The notes beneath the pieces are model-generated. The model was not told where the DNA came from and did not search any database. It worked only from the letters and a program-made list of their open reading frames with translations. From contig CAWFDF010000013.1 in NCBI GenBank assembly GCA_963814585.1, positions 64,001 through 128,000 on the forward strand: a stretch of 64,000 nucleotides of DNA, in the 5' to 3' direction. Shown piece by piece: positions 1 to 11,537 of this stretch; the first letter of the stretch is position 1, and the number at the start of each line of letters is the position of its first letter. The translations under genes were made by a program, and so were the position numbers. The DNA is from an uncultured delta proteobacterium (GTDB lineage: Bacteria; Myxococcota; Myxococcia; Myxococcales; Anaeromyxobacteraceae).

Positions 1-34
1 CGAGCAGAACCTGAGGACGGCCGGGCTGCTCTAG
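1..34 (+). CDS. 3' end of an unidentified gene running in from outside the window
   Basis: Frame 2 reads EQNLRTAGLL then TAG (32-34) with GC3-rich codons; too short to identify. Confidence 0.45.
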   Translation, partial: EQNLRTAGLL

Positions 35-83
35 TGCCCCGCCCCAGGAGGTGGGCGCCAGGCCGACGGGCCGGCGCCGGGCC

Positions 84-1664
<1,581 letters not shown>

Positions 1665-1712
1665 CCGGAATGCGGTGCGGTGAACTGCTCCGGGTCGGAC
1701 GTTTCCCAGTAA

Positions 1713-1725
1713 TTTCAGTCACTTG
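1713..1725 (+). promoter_or_regulatory. Candidate IHF binding site
   Basis: TTTCAGTCACTTG vs consensus WATCARNNNNTTR (1 mismatch), in a rare AT-rich patch just upstream of the -24/-12 element. Confidence 0.45.
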
Positions 1726-1730
1726 ACCGT

Positions 1731-1746
1731 TGGCCCGCCTCCTGCT
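1731..1746 (+). promoter_or_regulatory. Sigma-54 (-24/-12) promoter for the hemerythrin-YwiC operon
   Basis: TGGCCCGCCTCCTGCT has exact GG-N10-GC spacing, 45 nt before the hemerythrin ATG, divergent from a sigma-54 activator. Confidence 0.75.
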
Positions 1747-1790
1747 TTCCACCAGGCCATCCGGCGCACCGCCGGCAGGAGCCAGACCAC

Positions 1791-2354
1791 ATGGACTCGA
1801 TCGAGACCCTCATGGCGGAGCACCGGCAGATCCTCTCCGCCATCGGCGCACTGGAGGCCTTCGCCGGCGAGGTCCGGCGAGGCGGCGGCGACCCGGCCGA
1901 GCTCTCCGCCTTCGTCACCTTCATCCGCGAGTTCGCCGACGCTCACCACCACTTCAAGGAGGAGGACCTGCTCTTCGCCGCCATGGTGGAGGCCGGCTTC
2001 CCCCGCGACGCCGGCCCCATCGGCGTCATGCTCCACGAGCACGACCTGGGCCGAGGCCAGGTCCGCGTGCTGGCCGAGGTGGCCGCTGCCACCGCGCCCT
2101 GGACCACCGCCGACCGCGAGCGGCTCCACGCCGCTGCCGTCGGGTACGCGGACCTCCTGCGCGCCCACATCCACAAGGAGGACGAGATCCTCTACCCCAT
2201 GGCCGAGGCCCGGCTCCCGCCCGCGCTGGCCGCCCGCGTGGACGGCGCCGCCGCGGCGCACGACGCCCGTCAGGCCGCGTCGGGCGCGCTGCCGCGGCTG
2301 GAGGCGCTGGGCGCCGGGCTGGTGGCCCGGCGTGGCGCGGTCCCCGCCGCGTGA
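1791..2354 (+). CDS. Hemerythrin/HHE cation-binding domain protein
   Basis: Motifs EH, HHFKEEDLLF, EHDLGR, HIHKEDEILYP; RBS AGGAG upstream. Confidence 0.9.
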   Translation: MDSIETLMAEHRQILSAIGALEAFAGEVRRGGGDPAELSAFVTFIREFADAHHHFKEEDLLFAAMVEAGFPRDAGPIGVMLHEHDLGRGQVRVLAEVAAATAPWTTADRERLHAAAVGYADLLRAHIHKEDEILYPMAEARLPPALAARVDGAAAAHDARQAASGALPRLEALGAGLVARRGAVPAA

Positions 2355-2407
2355 GCCCGGGCCGGGTCCCCCCCGCTGGCGGCGGCGTTCTGGTATCTGA
2401 TGCGCCC

Positions 2408-3214
2408 ATGACCGCCGCCGAGCCCATCACGCGCCCGCGCTCGCTGCTGCCGCAGGAGCACGGCGCCTGGGGCCAGCTGGCCATGCCCCTCCTCTCGGCG
2501 CTGCTGATTGCCGGGATCACGCCGGCCGCCCTCTGGCTGGCGGTGGCCACGGTGCTCGGCTTCCTGGCCCACGAACCCTGGCTGGTGACCATCGGCCACC
2601 GCGGGCACCGGGCCGAGCGCGAGGACGGCCCGCGGGCCCGGCGGGTGCTGTGGCGGCTGCTGGCCGGCGCGGCGGCGGCCGGCGCCGTGGGGTGCTGGCT
2701 GGCGCCCTGGCCGGCCCGCTGGGCGCTGCTCCTGCCGGCGGCGCTGGGGGCCGGCGTCATCGCCCTGGTGCTGGCCCGCCGGGAGCGGACCGTGGCGGGC
2801 GAGCTGACGGTGGTCTCGGCGCTCGCCTCCTCCGGCCTGGCCGTGGCGCTGGCCGCCGGCGCGCCGCCTCGCGCGGCGGGCGCCGCCACCGCCACCTGGG
2901 TGCTGGCCTTCGCCGCTTCGGTCTTCGCGGTGCAGGTGGTGCTGGCCAGGTCGCTCTCCCGGGGCTCGACCGAGCTGGGGATCCGGAACGCGCTGGCGGT
3001 GGCGCTGGTCGGGGGCGGCGGCGCCGCCGTGGCGGCGCTGGCCGGCCTCGGCTGGGTGGTGGCGGCGGCGGTGGCCCCCACCGGCCTGCTCTCGCTGGTG
3101 GTCTGCCTGGCTCCCTTCAGCGCCCGGCAGCTCCGCACCCTGGGCTGGGGGCTGGTGGCTTCGAGCACCGCCTCGCTGGTGGTCCTGGTGCTCGGCCTTC
3201 GCGCCGGCCCCTGA
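2408..3214 (+). CDS. YwiC-like family membrane protein
   Basis: N-terminal LLPQEHGAW motif typical of YwiC-like proteins, about 8 hydrophobic helices; start taken at MTAAEP. Confidence 0.8.
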   Translation: MTAAEPITRPRSLLPQEHGAWGQLAMPLLSALLIAGITPAALWLAVATVLGFLAHEPWLVTIGHRGHRAEREDGPRARRVLWRLLAGAAAAGAVGCWLAPWPARWALLLPAALGAGVIALVLARRERTVAGELTVVSALASSGLAVALAAGAPPRAAGAATATWVLAFAASVFAVQVVLARSLSRGSTELGIRNALAVALVGGGGAAVAALAGLGWVVAAAVAPTGLLSLVVCLAPFSARQLRTLGWGLVASSTASLVVLVLGLRAGP

Positions 3215-3240
3215 TGGCGCCACTCACCTGGCCCGATCCC
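3211..3240 (+). repeat. 30-bp dispersed repeat starting on a TGA stop codon (copy A)
   Basis: CTGATGGCGCCACTCACCTGGCCCGATCCC, 28/30 identical to the reverse complement of 22507-22536. Confidence 0.75.
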
Positions 3241-3392
3241 CGCCCAGACCAGGCGAGGGGCGCCGTGTGGGCGGCGCGCCCTGGGCCCCGGGCGGTCCTC
3301 CACCCCGCGGACGTGGCGCGTCGCCCGTCCACCACGTTCCTGGGCTAGTCTCCCCTTCGGCGGCGCGCCAGGCGGCGCCCGGAGGGTCGTCC

Positions 3393-4331
3393 ATGCGGGT
3401 GCTGCGGCTGGAGGGGAACGAGGTCCGCGTGGGCGGCGCGGAGCTGGCCGGGCGGGGGGCGACCCTCTGGATCGACCTGGCGCCCACGCCGGAGGGGCTG
3501 GCCTTCCTCGCCGAGCGGTTCCAGTTCCACCCGCTGGCGCTGGAGGACTGCCTCCACGAGGACCAGCGGGCCAAGCTGGAGGTCTACCCCGACGTCCTCT
3601 TCGCCGTGGTCCACCGGCTCTCGCCCACCCCCGACGACTCCGGGCTCGACGCCGCCGAGCTGAGCGCCTTCCTCACCGCCGAGGCGCTGGTCACCGTCCA
3701 CTCCGCGCGGATCCAGGAGGTGGACGCCGCCTTCGAGCGCTGCCGCGCCGAGCCGGGCCTGCTGGCGCGCGGCCCCGACTTCCTGCTCTACCTCCTCCAC
3801 GACGCCATCTCCGACCTGCACTTCGCGCTGGTGGATCACCTCAGCGACGAGGCCGAGGCGCTGGCCGAGGAGGTGACCTCGGGCCAGGCCGGCCCCAACG
3901 TCGCCGAGCGCATCATGATGTCCCGCCGCCAGCACACCCTGATGCGCCGGCGGGTGGGTCCCCAGCGCGAGCTCTTCGCGGCGCTGGCCCGGCCCGGCCA
4001 GGGGCTGGTGCGCGATCAGACCGCCGTCTACTTCCGCGACGTGGTCGACCACCTGGTGCGGCTCTCCGAGGAGATCGACACCGGGCGCGAGCTGCTCGCC
4101 TCCACCATGGAGACGCTCCTCTCCCAGGCCAACAACCGGCTCACGCTGGTGACCACCCGGCTCACGCTCATCGCCACCATCTTCCTGCCGCTCAACTTCG
4201 TGGCCGGCTTCTTCGGGATGAACCTGGAGATCCTGCCGGCGGTGGTGGCGGTGCCGCTGGTGATGGCCGCCATGGTCGGCGTGCCGGCGGCGATGTACGT
4301 GTTCTTCCGCCGGCGCGGCTGGCTGAACTGA
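3393..4331 (+). CDS. corA: CorA-family Mg2+/Co2+ transporter
   Basis: HPLALED...QRAKLE, YFRDVVDHL, two C-terminal TM helices with the GFFGMN signature; RBS GGAGG. Confidence 0.9.
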   Translation: MRVLRLEGNEVRVGGAELAGRGATLWIDLAPTPEGLAFLAERFQFHPLALEDCLHEDQRAKLEVYPDVLFAVVHRLSPTPDDSGLDAAELSAFLTAEALVTVHSARIQEVDAAFERCRAEPGLLARGPDFLLYLLHDAISDLHFALVDHLSDEAEALAEEVTSGQAGPNVAERIMMSRRQHTLMRRRVGPQRELFAALARPGQGLVRDQTAVYFRDVVDHLVRLSEEIDTGRELLASTMETLLSQANNRLTLVTTRLTLIATIFLPLNFVAGFFGMNLEILPAVVAVPLVMAAMVGVPAAMYVFFRRRGWLN

Positions 4332-4469
4332 GCTCACCCCGGGACCGCCGCTCCGGGACCGTCGCTCGGCGTCACTTCGCCGGGCAGCATTCCGCGCGCC
4401 GGCCGCGGCCCGGCGCGACCATGGGAGCCGAAGCTCTGATCCGGCGATCGTCTCGGAGGCTGCGCGGCA

Positions 4470-5787
4470 CTACGCCCCGAACACCCGCTCGAAGATGGTG
4501 TCGACGTGCTTCAGGTGGTGCTCGAGCGCGAAGCAGGCGTCGATCTCGGCCGCCGAGAGCCGCCTCGAGACCTCCGCATCGGCCTTCAGGGCGGCGCGGA
4601 AGTCGACCCGCTCCTCCCAGACCCTCATGGCGTTCCGCTGCACCAGGACGTAGCCCTCCTGTCGCGCCACGCCCTTCCCCACCAGCGCCAGGAGCACGCG
4701 CTGCGCCTCGTAGAGGCCGCCGGTCTGGTCGAGGTTCTCCTGCATGCGGGCCGGGTAGACCCGCAGGTTCTCGATCATCCCGGCGAAGCGGTTCAGCGAG
4801 AAGTCGAGCGCGATGGTGGCGTCCGGCGCGATGACCCGCTCCACCGAGGAGTGGCTGATGTCGCGCTCGTGCCAGAGCGCCACGTCCTCCAGCGCCGCCA
4901 GCGCCCAGCCGCGCAGCAGCCGGGCCATGCCGGTCAGGTTCTCCGAGAGGATCGGGTTGCGCTTGTGGGGCATGGCCGACGAGCCCTTCTGCCCGGCGGT
5001 GAACGGCTCCTCGGCCTCGCGCACCTCGGTCCGCTGCAGGTGGCGCACCTCGGTGGCGTGCTGCTCCAGGGTGGCGCCGCAGAGCGCCAGCGCCGCGAAG
5101 TACTCGGCGTGGCGGTCGCGGTTGACGACCTGGGTGGCGGCCGCCTCGCCGCCGGCCAGGCCGAGCCGCTCCATCACCAGCGCCTCGACGCGCGGATCGA
5201 CGCTGGCGAAGGTCCCCACCGCGCCGGAGATCTTGCCGACCGCCACGGTCCTCCCGGCCGCCACCAGGGCGGCCCGGCGCCGCGGCCCAGGCGTCGTACC
5301 AGCCCGCCAGCTTGAGGCCGAAGGTGATGGGCTCGGCGTGGATGCCGTGGCTGCGCCCCATCATCGGCGTGCGCCGGTGCTCCAGCGCCCGCCTCTTCAC
5401 CGCCGCCAGCACCCGGTCGACGTCGGCGAGCAGCAGCGCGGTCGCCTCGGTGAGCTGCACCGCCAGCGTGGTGTCGAGCACGTCGGAGGAGGTCATGCCC
5501 TTGTGGAGGTGGCGCGCCGGCGGGCCGCCCTTCTCCTCGGCCCAGGTGAGGAAGGCGATGACGTCGTGCTTGACCGTCTTCTCGATCTCCTCGATGCGGG
5601 CGACGTCGGCGGCGGTCAGCTGGTAGCCGTCGAAGACCCGCCGCAGCTCGGCGAGGTCCCCGGCCGGCACCTCCCCGAGCGTCACCATCGCCTCGCAGGC
5701 CAGCAGCTCGACGTCGAGCCAGATGCGGTAGCGCCGCTCGCTGGTCCAGATGCGCCCCATCTCGGCGCGGGTGTAGCGCGGGATCAT
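4470..5787 (-). CDS. purB: Adenylosuccinate lyase, split by one frameshift near 5285 (probable sequence error)
   Basis: MIPRYT...KHDVIAF...TSSDVLDT...[10 protein letters not shown] in one frame; ISGAVGT...[11 protein letters not shown]...[11 protein letters not shown] in another. Confidence 0.92.
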
Positions 5788-6262
5788 CTTCGTGGGCGCC
5801 CTGCCGCTCGGAGCGTCCGGTCGAGCCGAAGCCGCCGTCTCCTCGCCCGGTCTCGCCGAGCGCCTCCGCCACCTGCACCGGACACGGCCGGGTCACCGGC
5901 GCGACGACGAGCTGGGCGATCCGCTCGCCCCGCTCGAACCGGACCGGCTCCTGCCCCAGGTTCACCAGGATCACCTTCACCTCGCCACGATAGTCCGAGT
6001 CGATGGTCCCCGGGGTGTTGAGCAGCGTCACCCCGTGGCGCGCCGCCAGCCCGGAGCGGGGGCGCACCTGGCCCTCGTGCCCCGGGGGGATCTCCAGGGC
6101 CAGCCCGGTGGGAACCAGCCGCCGCTGCCCGGGCTCCAGCGCCACCGGCTCGTCGGCCCGGAGATCCAGGCCCGCCGCGCCATCCGACTCGTAGCGCGGC
6201 AGCGGCAGCACCGGGCCGCGGTCGCCGACCCTCGTCACCTTCAGCTCCAGCGTCCCGGCCAT
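5784..6262 (-). CDS. dut: dUTP pyrophosphatase; no in-frame stop after the last motif (probable indel), 3' end approximate
   Basis: [38 protein letters not shown] motifs. Confidence 0.9.
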
Positions 6263-6377
6263 GGCGTCCTCGCGTTGAGACGATGCGGGGCGGCGCGCCT
6301 GGCTCGGCGGCCGCCCCGGGGGTCACTTCGGCGCCGCGGCGCTCCGGGTCGGAGCCCGCGGGCCGCGGTCGCGGCGT

Positions 6378-8543
6378 CTACGCCTTGGGCCCTCGCCGGC
6401 CGGAGCCGCCGGGGCCTTGCCGGCCACCTCGGCCAGCGCCTCCTTGCGGGAGAGCCGGATCTTGCCGGCGCGGTCGACCGAGATGACCTTGACCATCACC
6501 TCGTCGCCCTCGGCCAGCACGTCGGAGACCGCCTTGACGCGCTTGTCGGAGAGCTCGGAGATGTGGACCAGGCCGTCGGTGCCCGGGAAGATCTCCACGA
6601 AGGCGCCGAACTCGACGATCTTGCGGACCGTGCCGGTGTAGATCTTGCCGACCTCGGCCTCGGCGGTGAGGTTCTTGATCATCTTGATGGCGGCCTCGAC
6701 CTTGAGCCGGGTCGGAGCTGGCGATGGCGATGTGTGCCGTCGTCCTCGATGTTGATCGAGCAGCCGGTGCGGGCGGTGATGTCCTTGATGACCTTGCCGC
6801 CGGGCCCGATGACGTTCTTGATGAACTCGGGCCGGATCTTGATGGTGGTGATGCGCGGCGCGTACTTGCTGACGTCGCCGCGCGGGCGCCGGCAGCGACC
6901 TTGGCCATCTCGGCGAGGATGTGCTTGCGGCCGGCGGCGGCCTGGTCGAGCGCCTTCTCCAGGATCTCCCGGGTGACGCCGCCGATCTTGATGTCCATCT
7001 GGATCGAGGTGATGCCGGCGTCGGTGCCGCACACCTTGAAGTCCATGTCGCCGAGGTGGTCCTCGTCACCGAGGATGTCGGAGAGGATGGCGATCTTCTC
7101 GCCCTCCTTGATCAGCCCCATGGCGATGCCGGCCACCGGCGCCTTGATGGGCACGCCGGCGTCCATCAGCGCCAGGCAGCCGCCGCAGACCGAGGCCATC
7201 GAGGAGGAGCCGTTCGACTCCAGGATGTCCGAGACCAGGCGGATCACGTAGGGAAGTTGGCGTCCTCGCGGGAGCACCGCCTTGAGGGCCCGCTCGGCCA
7301 GGCGCCGTGGCCGATCTCGCGGCGGCCGGGGCCGCGCAGGAACTTGGCCTCGCCCACCGAGAAGGGCGGGAAGTTGTAGTGGAGCATGAACCGCTTGTAG
7401 GTCATGCCCGTCAGGCCCTCGATGCGCTGGTCGTCGGTCGGCGGTGCCGAGGGTGGCGCCCACCAGGGCCTGGGTCTCGCCGCGGGTGAAGAGCGCCGAG
7501 CCGTGGACGCGGGGCAGCAGCCCCACCTCGCACCAGATCTGGCGGATGTCGGCCATGCCGCGGCCGCCGATGCGCTTGCCCTCGTCGGTGATCATCTTGC
7601 GCATGTACTCGTACTTCACGTCCTCGTAGTAGCCCTTGATCTCCTTCTCGCGGATGGCGATCGAGGCCAGCCTGGCGGCGTCCCCGGCGGCCTCCTCCTT
7701 GAGGGCCGTCAGCAGCTCCTTCTTGATCTCCGAGAGCCGGCCGTAGCGGTCGTGCTTGTCGTGGCGGCCGTAGGCCTCCTTGACCTTGTCCCAGGTGAGG
7801 GCCTTGATCTTGACCTTGAGCGCCTCGTCCGACTTGGGCGCCTCGAAGGCCTTCTTCTGCTTGTGGCCCGAGGCCTTGTGGAGCTGGAGCTGGGCGTCGA
7901 GCAGCGGCTGGACGGCGGCGTGTCCGAAGAGCAGCGCGTCGATCATCACCGACTCGGTGATCTCCCTGGCGCCGCCCTCCACCATGGTGATGGCGTCGCG
8001 CGAGGCGGCCATGATCACGTCGAGGTCGCACTCGGCCCGCTGGGCCAGGGTGGGGTTGGCGACGAACTGGCCGTTGAGCCTGCCGACGCGGACGCCGGCG
8101 AAGGGGCCGTGGAACGGCACGTCGGAGCACTGCAGGGCCGCCGAGGCCCCCGTCAGCGCCAGCACGTCGGGGTCGTTCTCCTGGTCGAAGGAGACCACGG
8201 TGGCGATGATCTGCGTCTCGTTGGCGTAGCCCTCGGGGAAGAGCGGACGGCAGGAGCGGTCGATGATGCGGGAGGTGAGCGTCTCGCGCTCGGTGAGGCG
8301 GCCCTCGCGCTTGAAGTAGCTGCCCGGGATGCGGCCGGCGGCGTAGAGCTTCTCCTGGTAGTCGACGGTGAGGGGGAAGAAGTCGATCCCCTCCTTCTTC
8401 TCGGCCGCCGAGACCACCGTGATCAGCACGATCGACTCGCCCATGCGAGCCCAGATCGAGCCGTGCGCCTGCTTCGCGACCTTGCCGGTCTCGAGGATGA
8501 TGTCCTTGTCGCCCACGCGGGCGGTGACCTGGAACGGAGTCAT
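6378..8543 (-). CDS. pnp: Polyribonucleotide nucleotidyltransferase (PNPase) with several frameshifts in the 3' half
   Basis: [61 protein letters not shown] ([10 protein letters not shown]) and S1 (FGAFVEI...DGLVHISEL) domains lie in shifted frames; follows rpsO. Confidence 0.93.
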   Translation of the reverse strand: MTPFQVTARVGDKDIILETGKVAKQAHGSIWARMGESIVLITVVSAAEKKEGIDFFPLTVDYQEKLYAAGRIPGSYFKREGRLTERETLTSRIIDRSCRPLFPEGYANETQIIATVVSFDQENDPDVLALTGASAALQCSDVPFHGPFAGVRVGRLNGQFVANPTLAQRAECDLDVIMAASRDAITMVEGGAREITESVMIDALLFGHAAVQPLLDAQLQLHKASGHKQKKAFEAPKSDEALKVKIKALTWDKVKEAYGRHDKHDRYGRLSEIKKELLTALKEEAAGDAARLASIAIREKEIKGYYEDVKYEYMRKMITDEGKRIGGRGMADIRQIWCEVGLLPRVHGSALFTRGETQALVGATLGTADRRPAHRGPDGHDLQAVHAPLQLPALLGGRGQVPARPRPPRDRPRRLAERALKAVLPRGRQLPYVIRLVSDILESNGSSSMASVCGGCLALMDAGVPIKAPVAGIAMGLIKEGEKIAILSDILGDEDHLGDMDFKVCGTDAGITSIQMDIKIGGVTREILEKALDQAAAGRKHILAEMAKVAAGARAATSASTRRASPPSRSGPSSSRTSSGPAARSSRTSPPAPAARSTSRTTAHIAIASSDPAQGRGRHQDDQEPHRRGRGRQDLHRHGPQDRRVRRLRGDLPGHRRPGPHLRALRQARQGGLRRAGRGRRGDGQGHLGRPRRQDPALPQGGAGRGGRQGPGGSGRRGPKA

Positions 8544-8572
8544 GTGCACCTTTCGTTCTTGGGGCGCCCGGG

Positions 8573-8673
8573 GGGCCTTGGAAGAGGTGCCTCTGTTCCT
8601 CACTCCACCGCCGCTCCTTCGTCGGAGAGGCGGTCCAGTCGGAAACGGAGGCTCCTGCAGGTCCCCGAGGCCC
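8573..8673 (-). promoter_or_regulatory. Long imperfect hairpin in the pnp 5' leader (candidate RNase III site)
   Basis: Nested arms GGGCCTTGG/CCGAGGCCC, GCCTCTGTTCC/GGAAACGGAGGC, ACCGCC/GGCGGT, CTCC/GGAG. Confidence 0.55.
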
Positions 8674-8765
8674 GTGGTTGGGGCTGCGGGTGGCGCCACC
8701 GGCCCCGTGGCCGGAAGCGCCGGCGCCCCGTCCAGACCGGCCCGGGGCGCTTCACGGCGTGCGGG

Positions 8766-9035
8766 CTACTTGCGGATGCCCAGTCCGTCGATCAGGGCCT
8801 TGTAGCGGTTCTGGTCGATCCTCTTCAGGTAGTCGAGGAGCCGCCGCCGCTGGCCGACCAGCTTGAGCAGCCCGCGCCGGCTGTGGTGGTCCTTCTTGTG
8901 GGTCTTGAAGTGATCGGTCAGGTAGTTGATGCGCTCGCTCAGCAGCGCCACCTGGACCTCGGGCGACCCGGTGTCCTTCTCGTGCTGGCGGTACTTCTGC
9001 ACCAGCTCGTTCTTCTTCTCCTGCAGCATCGCCAT
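8766..9035 (-). CDS. rpsO: 30S ribosomal protein S15
   Basis: [12 protein letters not shown]...[25 protein letters not shown]. Confidence 0.99.
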   Translation of the reverse strand: MAMLQEKKNELVQKYRQHEKDTGSPEVQVALLSERINYLTDHFKTHKKDHHSRRGLLKLVGQRRRLLDYLKRIDQNRYKALIDGLGIRK

Positions 9036-9120
9036 AGGTGCTCCCTCTCGAGTTGCCCCATCACCGCCGCGGGGGCGAAGGCGTGCGCCGCGGGCGGCCG
9101 TGAAGGGCCGTGAAGGCGGG

Positions 9121-9149
9121 TGTTTACGTCATCGGGTGGGGGGTGTCAA
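9121..9149 (-). promoter_or_regulatory. Sigma-70 promoter of rpsO-pnp
   Basis: TTGACA-N17-TAAACA on the minus strand, about 85 nt upstream of rpsO. Confidence 0.7.
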
Positions 9150-9363
9150 CGTCCGGGCCAGATCGCGCCCTCCGGGCAGCGGGCGCGGCGGGAATCGCTG
9201 CAAGGCCAGGGGATCGTTCGCCGTCCCCCACGCCCACCCCACCTGCGCCCGCTGACCCGGGGAGGGTCATTCGGACTGCCATCCCGGCCGGACTTGGCCC
9301 TATATGGTGACTCCAGGCTCCCGGTCCAGCGCCGGGACGACGCGCAGCGGAAAGGAACGCGGG

Positions 9364-10032
9364 ATGACCGAGAGGCGGCTCTTCCAGTTCGGCGAGCGGG
9401 TGGAGGGGTACGCCATCCCCGTCCTCAACGAGCGGGAGATCCGGGCCGGCGCCGGGCTCCTCTTCCTGCTCATGTTCATCGCCATCCTCAGGGTGATCTT
9501 CACCGGGGACTTCGTGCTGCTGAAGTACGCGGCCACCTTCTTCCTCGCCGACATCGCCATCCGGGTGCTGATCAGCCCCCGGTACGCCCCGTCGCTGGTC
9601 CTGGGGCGGCTCATCGTCCGCAACCAGGTGCCCGAGTACGTGGGGGCACCGCAGAAGCGGTTCGCCTGGTTCATCGGCCTGGGGCTGGCGCTGGTCATGG
9701 TGGCGCTCCAGGTGGTCGCCAACACCTTCGGCCCCATCACCGGGCTCATCTGCCTCACCTGCCTGGTCTTCCTCTTCTTCGAGACCGCCTTCGGCATCTG
9801 CATCGGCTGCGCGATCTACCCCCTCTTCAACAAGGGGAAGGTGCAGCACTGCCCGGGCGAGGTGTGCACCCCGGCCGAGCGCCGGGAGATCCAGCGGGTG
9901 TCCGGCGGCCAGCTCCTGGTCGTGGTCGGCTTCGCGGCGCTGGCCGTGCTCGCGGTCGGCGTCCTCGACGGCGCCTACCGCCAGCCGCCCCGGCCGCTCT
10001 TCGCGCCGGAGCCACCCGCGCGATCGCGCTGA
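9364..10032 (+). CDS. DUF4395-like membrane protein
   Basis: NEREIRAGAG, APQKRFAW, FETAFGICIGC; several TM helices and a C-terminal CPGEVC. Confidence 0.7.
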   Translation: MTERRLFQFGERVEGYAIPVLNEREIRAGAGLLFLLMFIAILRVIFTGDFVLLKYAATFFLADIAIRVLISPRYAPSLVLGRLIVRNQVPEYVGAPQKRFAWFIGLGLALVMVALQVVANTFGPITGLICLTCLVFLFFETAFGICIGCAIYPLFNKGKVQHCPGEVCTPAERREIQRVSGGQLLVVVGFAALAVLAVGVLDGAYRQPPRPLFAPEPPARSR

Positions 10033-10141
10033 GGAGGCTCGAGCGCCAGGGAGCCAGGACCGGCTCGTCCCGGGTGGCGCGTCCCGGCCCCCGGCTCCTC
10101 CCGCCCCACGCCCGGTCGACCGGCGCGGAGGCCGCCCGCCG

Positions 10142-11077
10142 TCAGCCTCGACGCGGGGTGCCCGGGACGCCCGGCAGGACCGGCGCGGTGATCACCCGGA
10201 CCGGCCGCAGCCGCCCCGCCAGCACCTCGCCGATCGCCACCAGGGCGCCGTCCGGCCCGACCACCCGGCAGAGGCCGTCGGCCTCCCCGGGGCGGAGCAG
10301 CTGGCGGCCGCGCGACAGGGCGATGGCCCCGTTGGCGTCGACCGGAAGCCGTGGGAAGAACGGGACCGCGTCGGCCGGCGGGATGACGCGGGCCAGCAGG
10401 GCCGCCCGATCGGCCTGGGCGAGCCGCTCCAGGGCCTCGAGCGGCAGGGCGTCCTCGAGCCGGAAGGGTCCGGCGGCGGTGCGGCGCAGCGCGGCGAGGT
10501 GGGCCGGCACGCCGAGCGACCGGCCCAGGTCGGAAGCCAGCGTGCGGACGAAGGTCCCCTTGCCGCAGCGCACCGCCAGCTGGACCAGGCGCAGGCCGTC
10601 GGCGCCGACCGGTCCGACCTCGCCGAGGACGAGGGCGTGGACCGTCACCCGGCGCGGCGCCCGCTCGACCAGCTCGCCGGCGCGGGCCGCCTCGTGGAGC
10701 CGCCTTCCGTCGATGCGCACCGCCGAGTACATGGGCGGGACCTGGTCGATCTCGCCGGTGAGGGCCGGCAGCGCCGCGCGCAGGGCCGCCTCGGTCAGCC
10801 CCGACGCGTCGCCCCGCTCCACGACCGTCCCCTCGGCGTCCTCGGTGGTGGTGGCGGCGCCGAAGGCCACCGTGGCGAGGTAGGCCTTGTCCCCCTCGGC
10901 CAGCCAGCGCTGCAGCTTGAGGGCGTCGCCCAGGCAGATGGCCAGCAGGCCGGTGGCGGCCGGGTCGAGCGTGCCGGTGTGGCCGGCGTCCCTGGTGCCG
11001 AGCGCCCGCCGCACCCGGTGGACCACGTCGTGCGAGGTGGGGCCGGCCGGCTTGTCGACGAGGAGGACGCCGTTCAT
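10142..11077 (-). CDS. truB: tRNA pseudouridine(55) synthase
   Basis: VDKPAGPTSHDVV, GHTGTLDPAATG, QVPPMYSA, CGKGTFVRTL; downstream of rbfA. Confidence 0.97.
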   Translation of the reverse strand: MNGVLLVDKPAGPTSHDVVHRVRRALGTRDAGHTGTLDPAATGLLAICLGDALKLQRWLAEGDKAYLATVAFGAATTTEDAEGTVVERGDASGLTEAALRAALPALTGEIDQVPPMYSAVRIDGRRLHEAARAGELVERAPRRVTVHALVLGEVGPVGADGLRLVQLAVRCGKGTFVRTLASDLGRSLGVPAHLAALRRTAAGPFRLEDALPLEALERLAQADRAALLARVIPPADAVPFFPRLPVDANGAIALSRGRQLLRPGEADGLCRVVGPDGALVAIGEVLAGRLRPVRVITAPVLPGVPGTPRRG

Positions 11078-11126
11078 CTTCGGGTCCGGGGGCGTTCCGG
11101 CCTGGCCATGGGGCCGGGCCGGACGG

Positions 11127-11537
11127 CTACTTCTCGCCTTCTGCGTCCGGGGCGGCGTCCGGCGTGGGCCCCGGCGCGGCGCCGCGGGCGCGGGCCTCTC
11201 GCAGCAGCCGATCGATCCGGTCGCCGCGCTCCACCGACTCGTCGAAGACGATTCGCAGGTGGGGCGTGTGGCGGAGCTTGAGGTTGCGCGACACCTCGCG
11301 CTGCAGCCAGGTGGCGGCGGCGCGCAGCCCCTCCAGCGTCGCCTTCTTCACCGGCTCCTCCCCGAGGATGGAGAGGTACACGGTGACCTCCTTGAGGTCA
11401 GGCGCCATCTTGGCCCCGGTGACGGTGATCAGGCCGGTGATGCGCGGATCCTTGAGCTGGCCGTGCGCCAGCACCTGGCCCAGCTCGTGCGCGAACTCGC
11501 TCGCCACCCGCGCCGGCCTGTCGTGTCCGCTGCTCAT
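11127..11537 (-). CDS. rbfA: Ribosome-binding factor A
   Basis: LKDPRI, APDLKEVTVY, LKLRHTPHLRIVFDES; ATGA overlap with the DUF503 stop. Confidence 0.95.
   Translation of the reverse strand: MSSGHDRPARVASEFAHELGQVLAHGQLKDPRITGLITVTGAKMAPDLKEVTVYLSILGEEPVKKATLEGLRAAATWLQREVSRNLKLRHTPHLRIVFDESVERGDRIDRLLREARARGAAPGPTPDAAPDAEGEK

Noticed and set aside
4339..4367. Short tandem CCGGGACCGYCGCT x2 after corA
   Set aside because: Two copies only, in GC-rich intergenic DNA; no further structure
5174..6262. 362-aa dUTPase with a C-terminal extension
   Set aside because: The extension is an off-frame read through purB in the error-rich zone
4470..8543. Programmed frameshifting or true pseudogenes in purB and pnp
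   Set aside because: No slippery sites seen; many clustered and compensating indels in core genes fit consensus errors better
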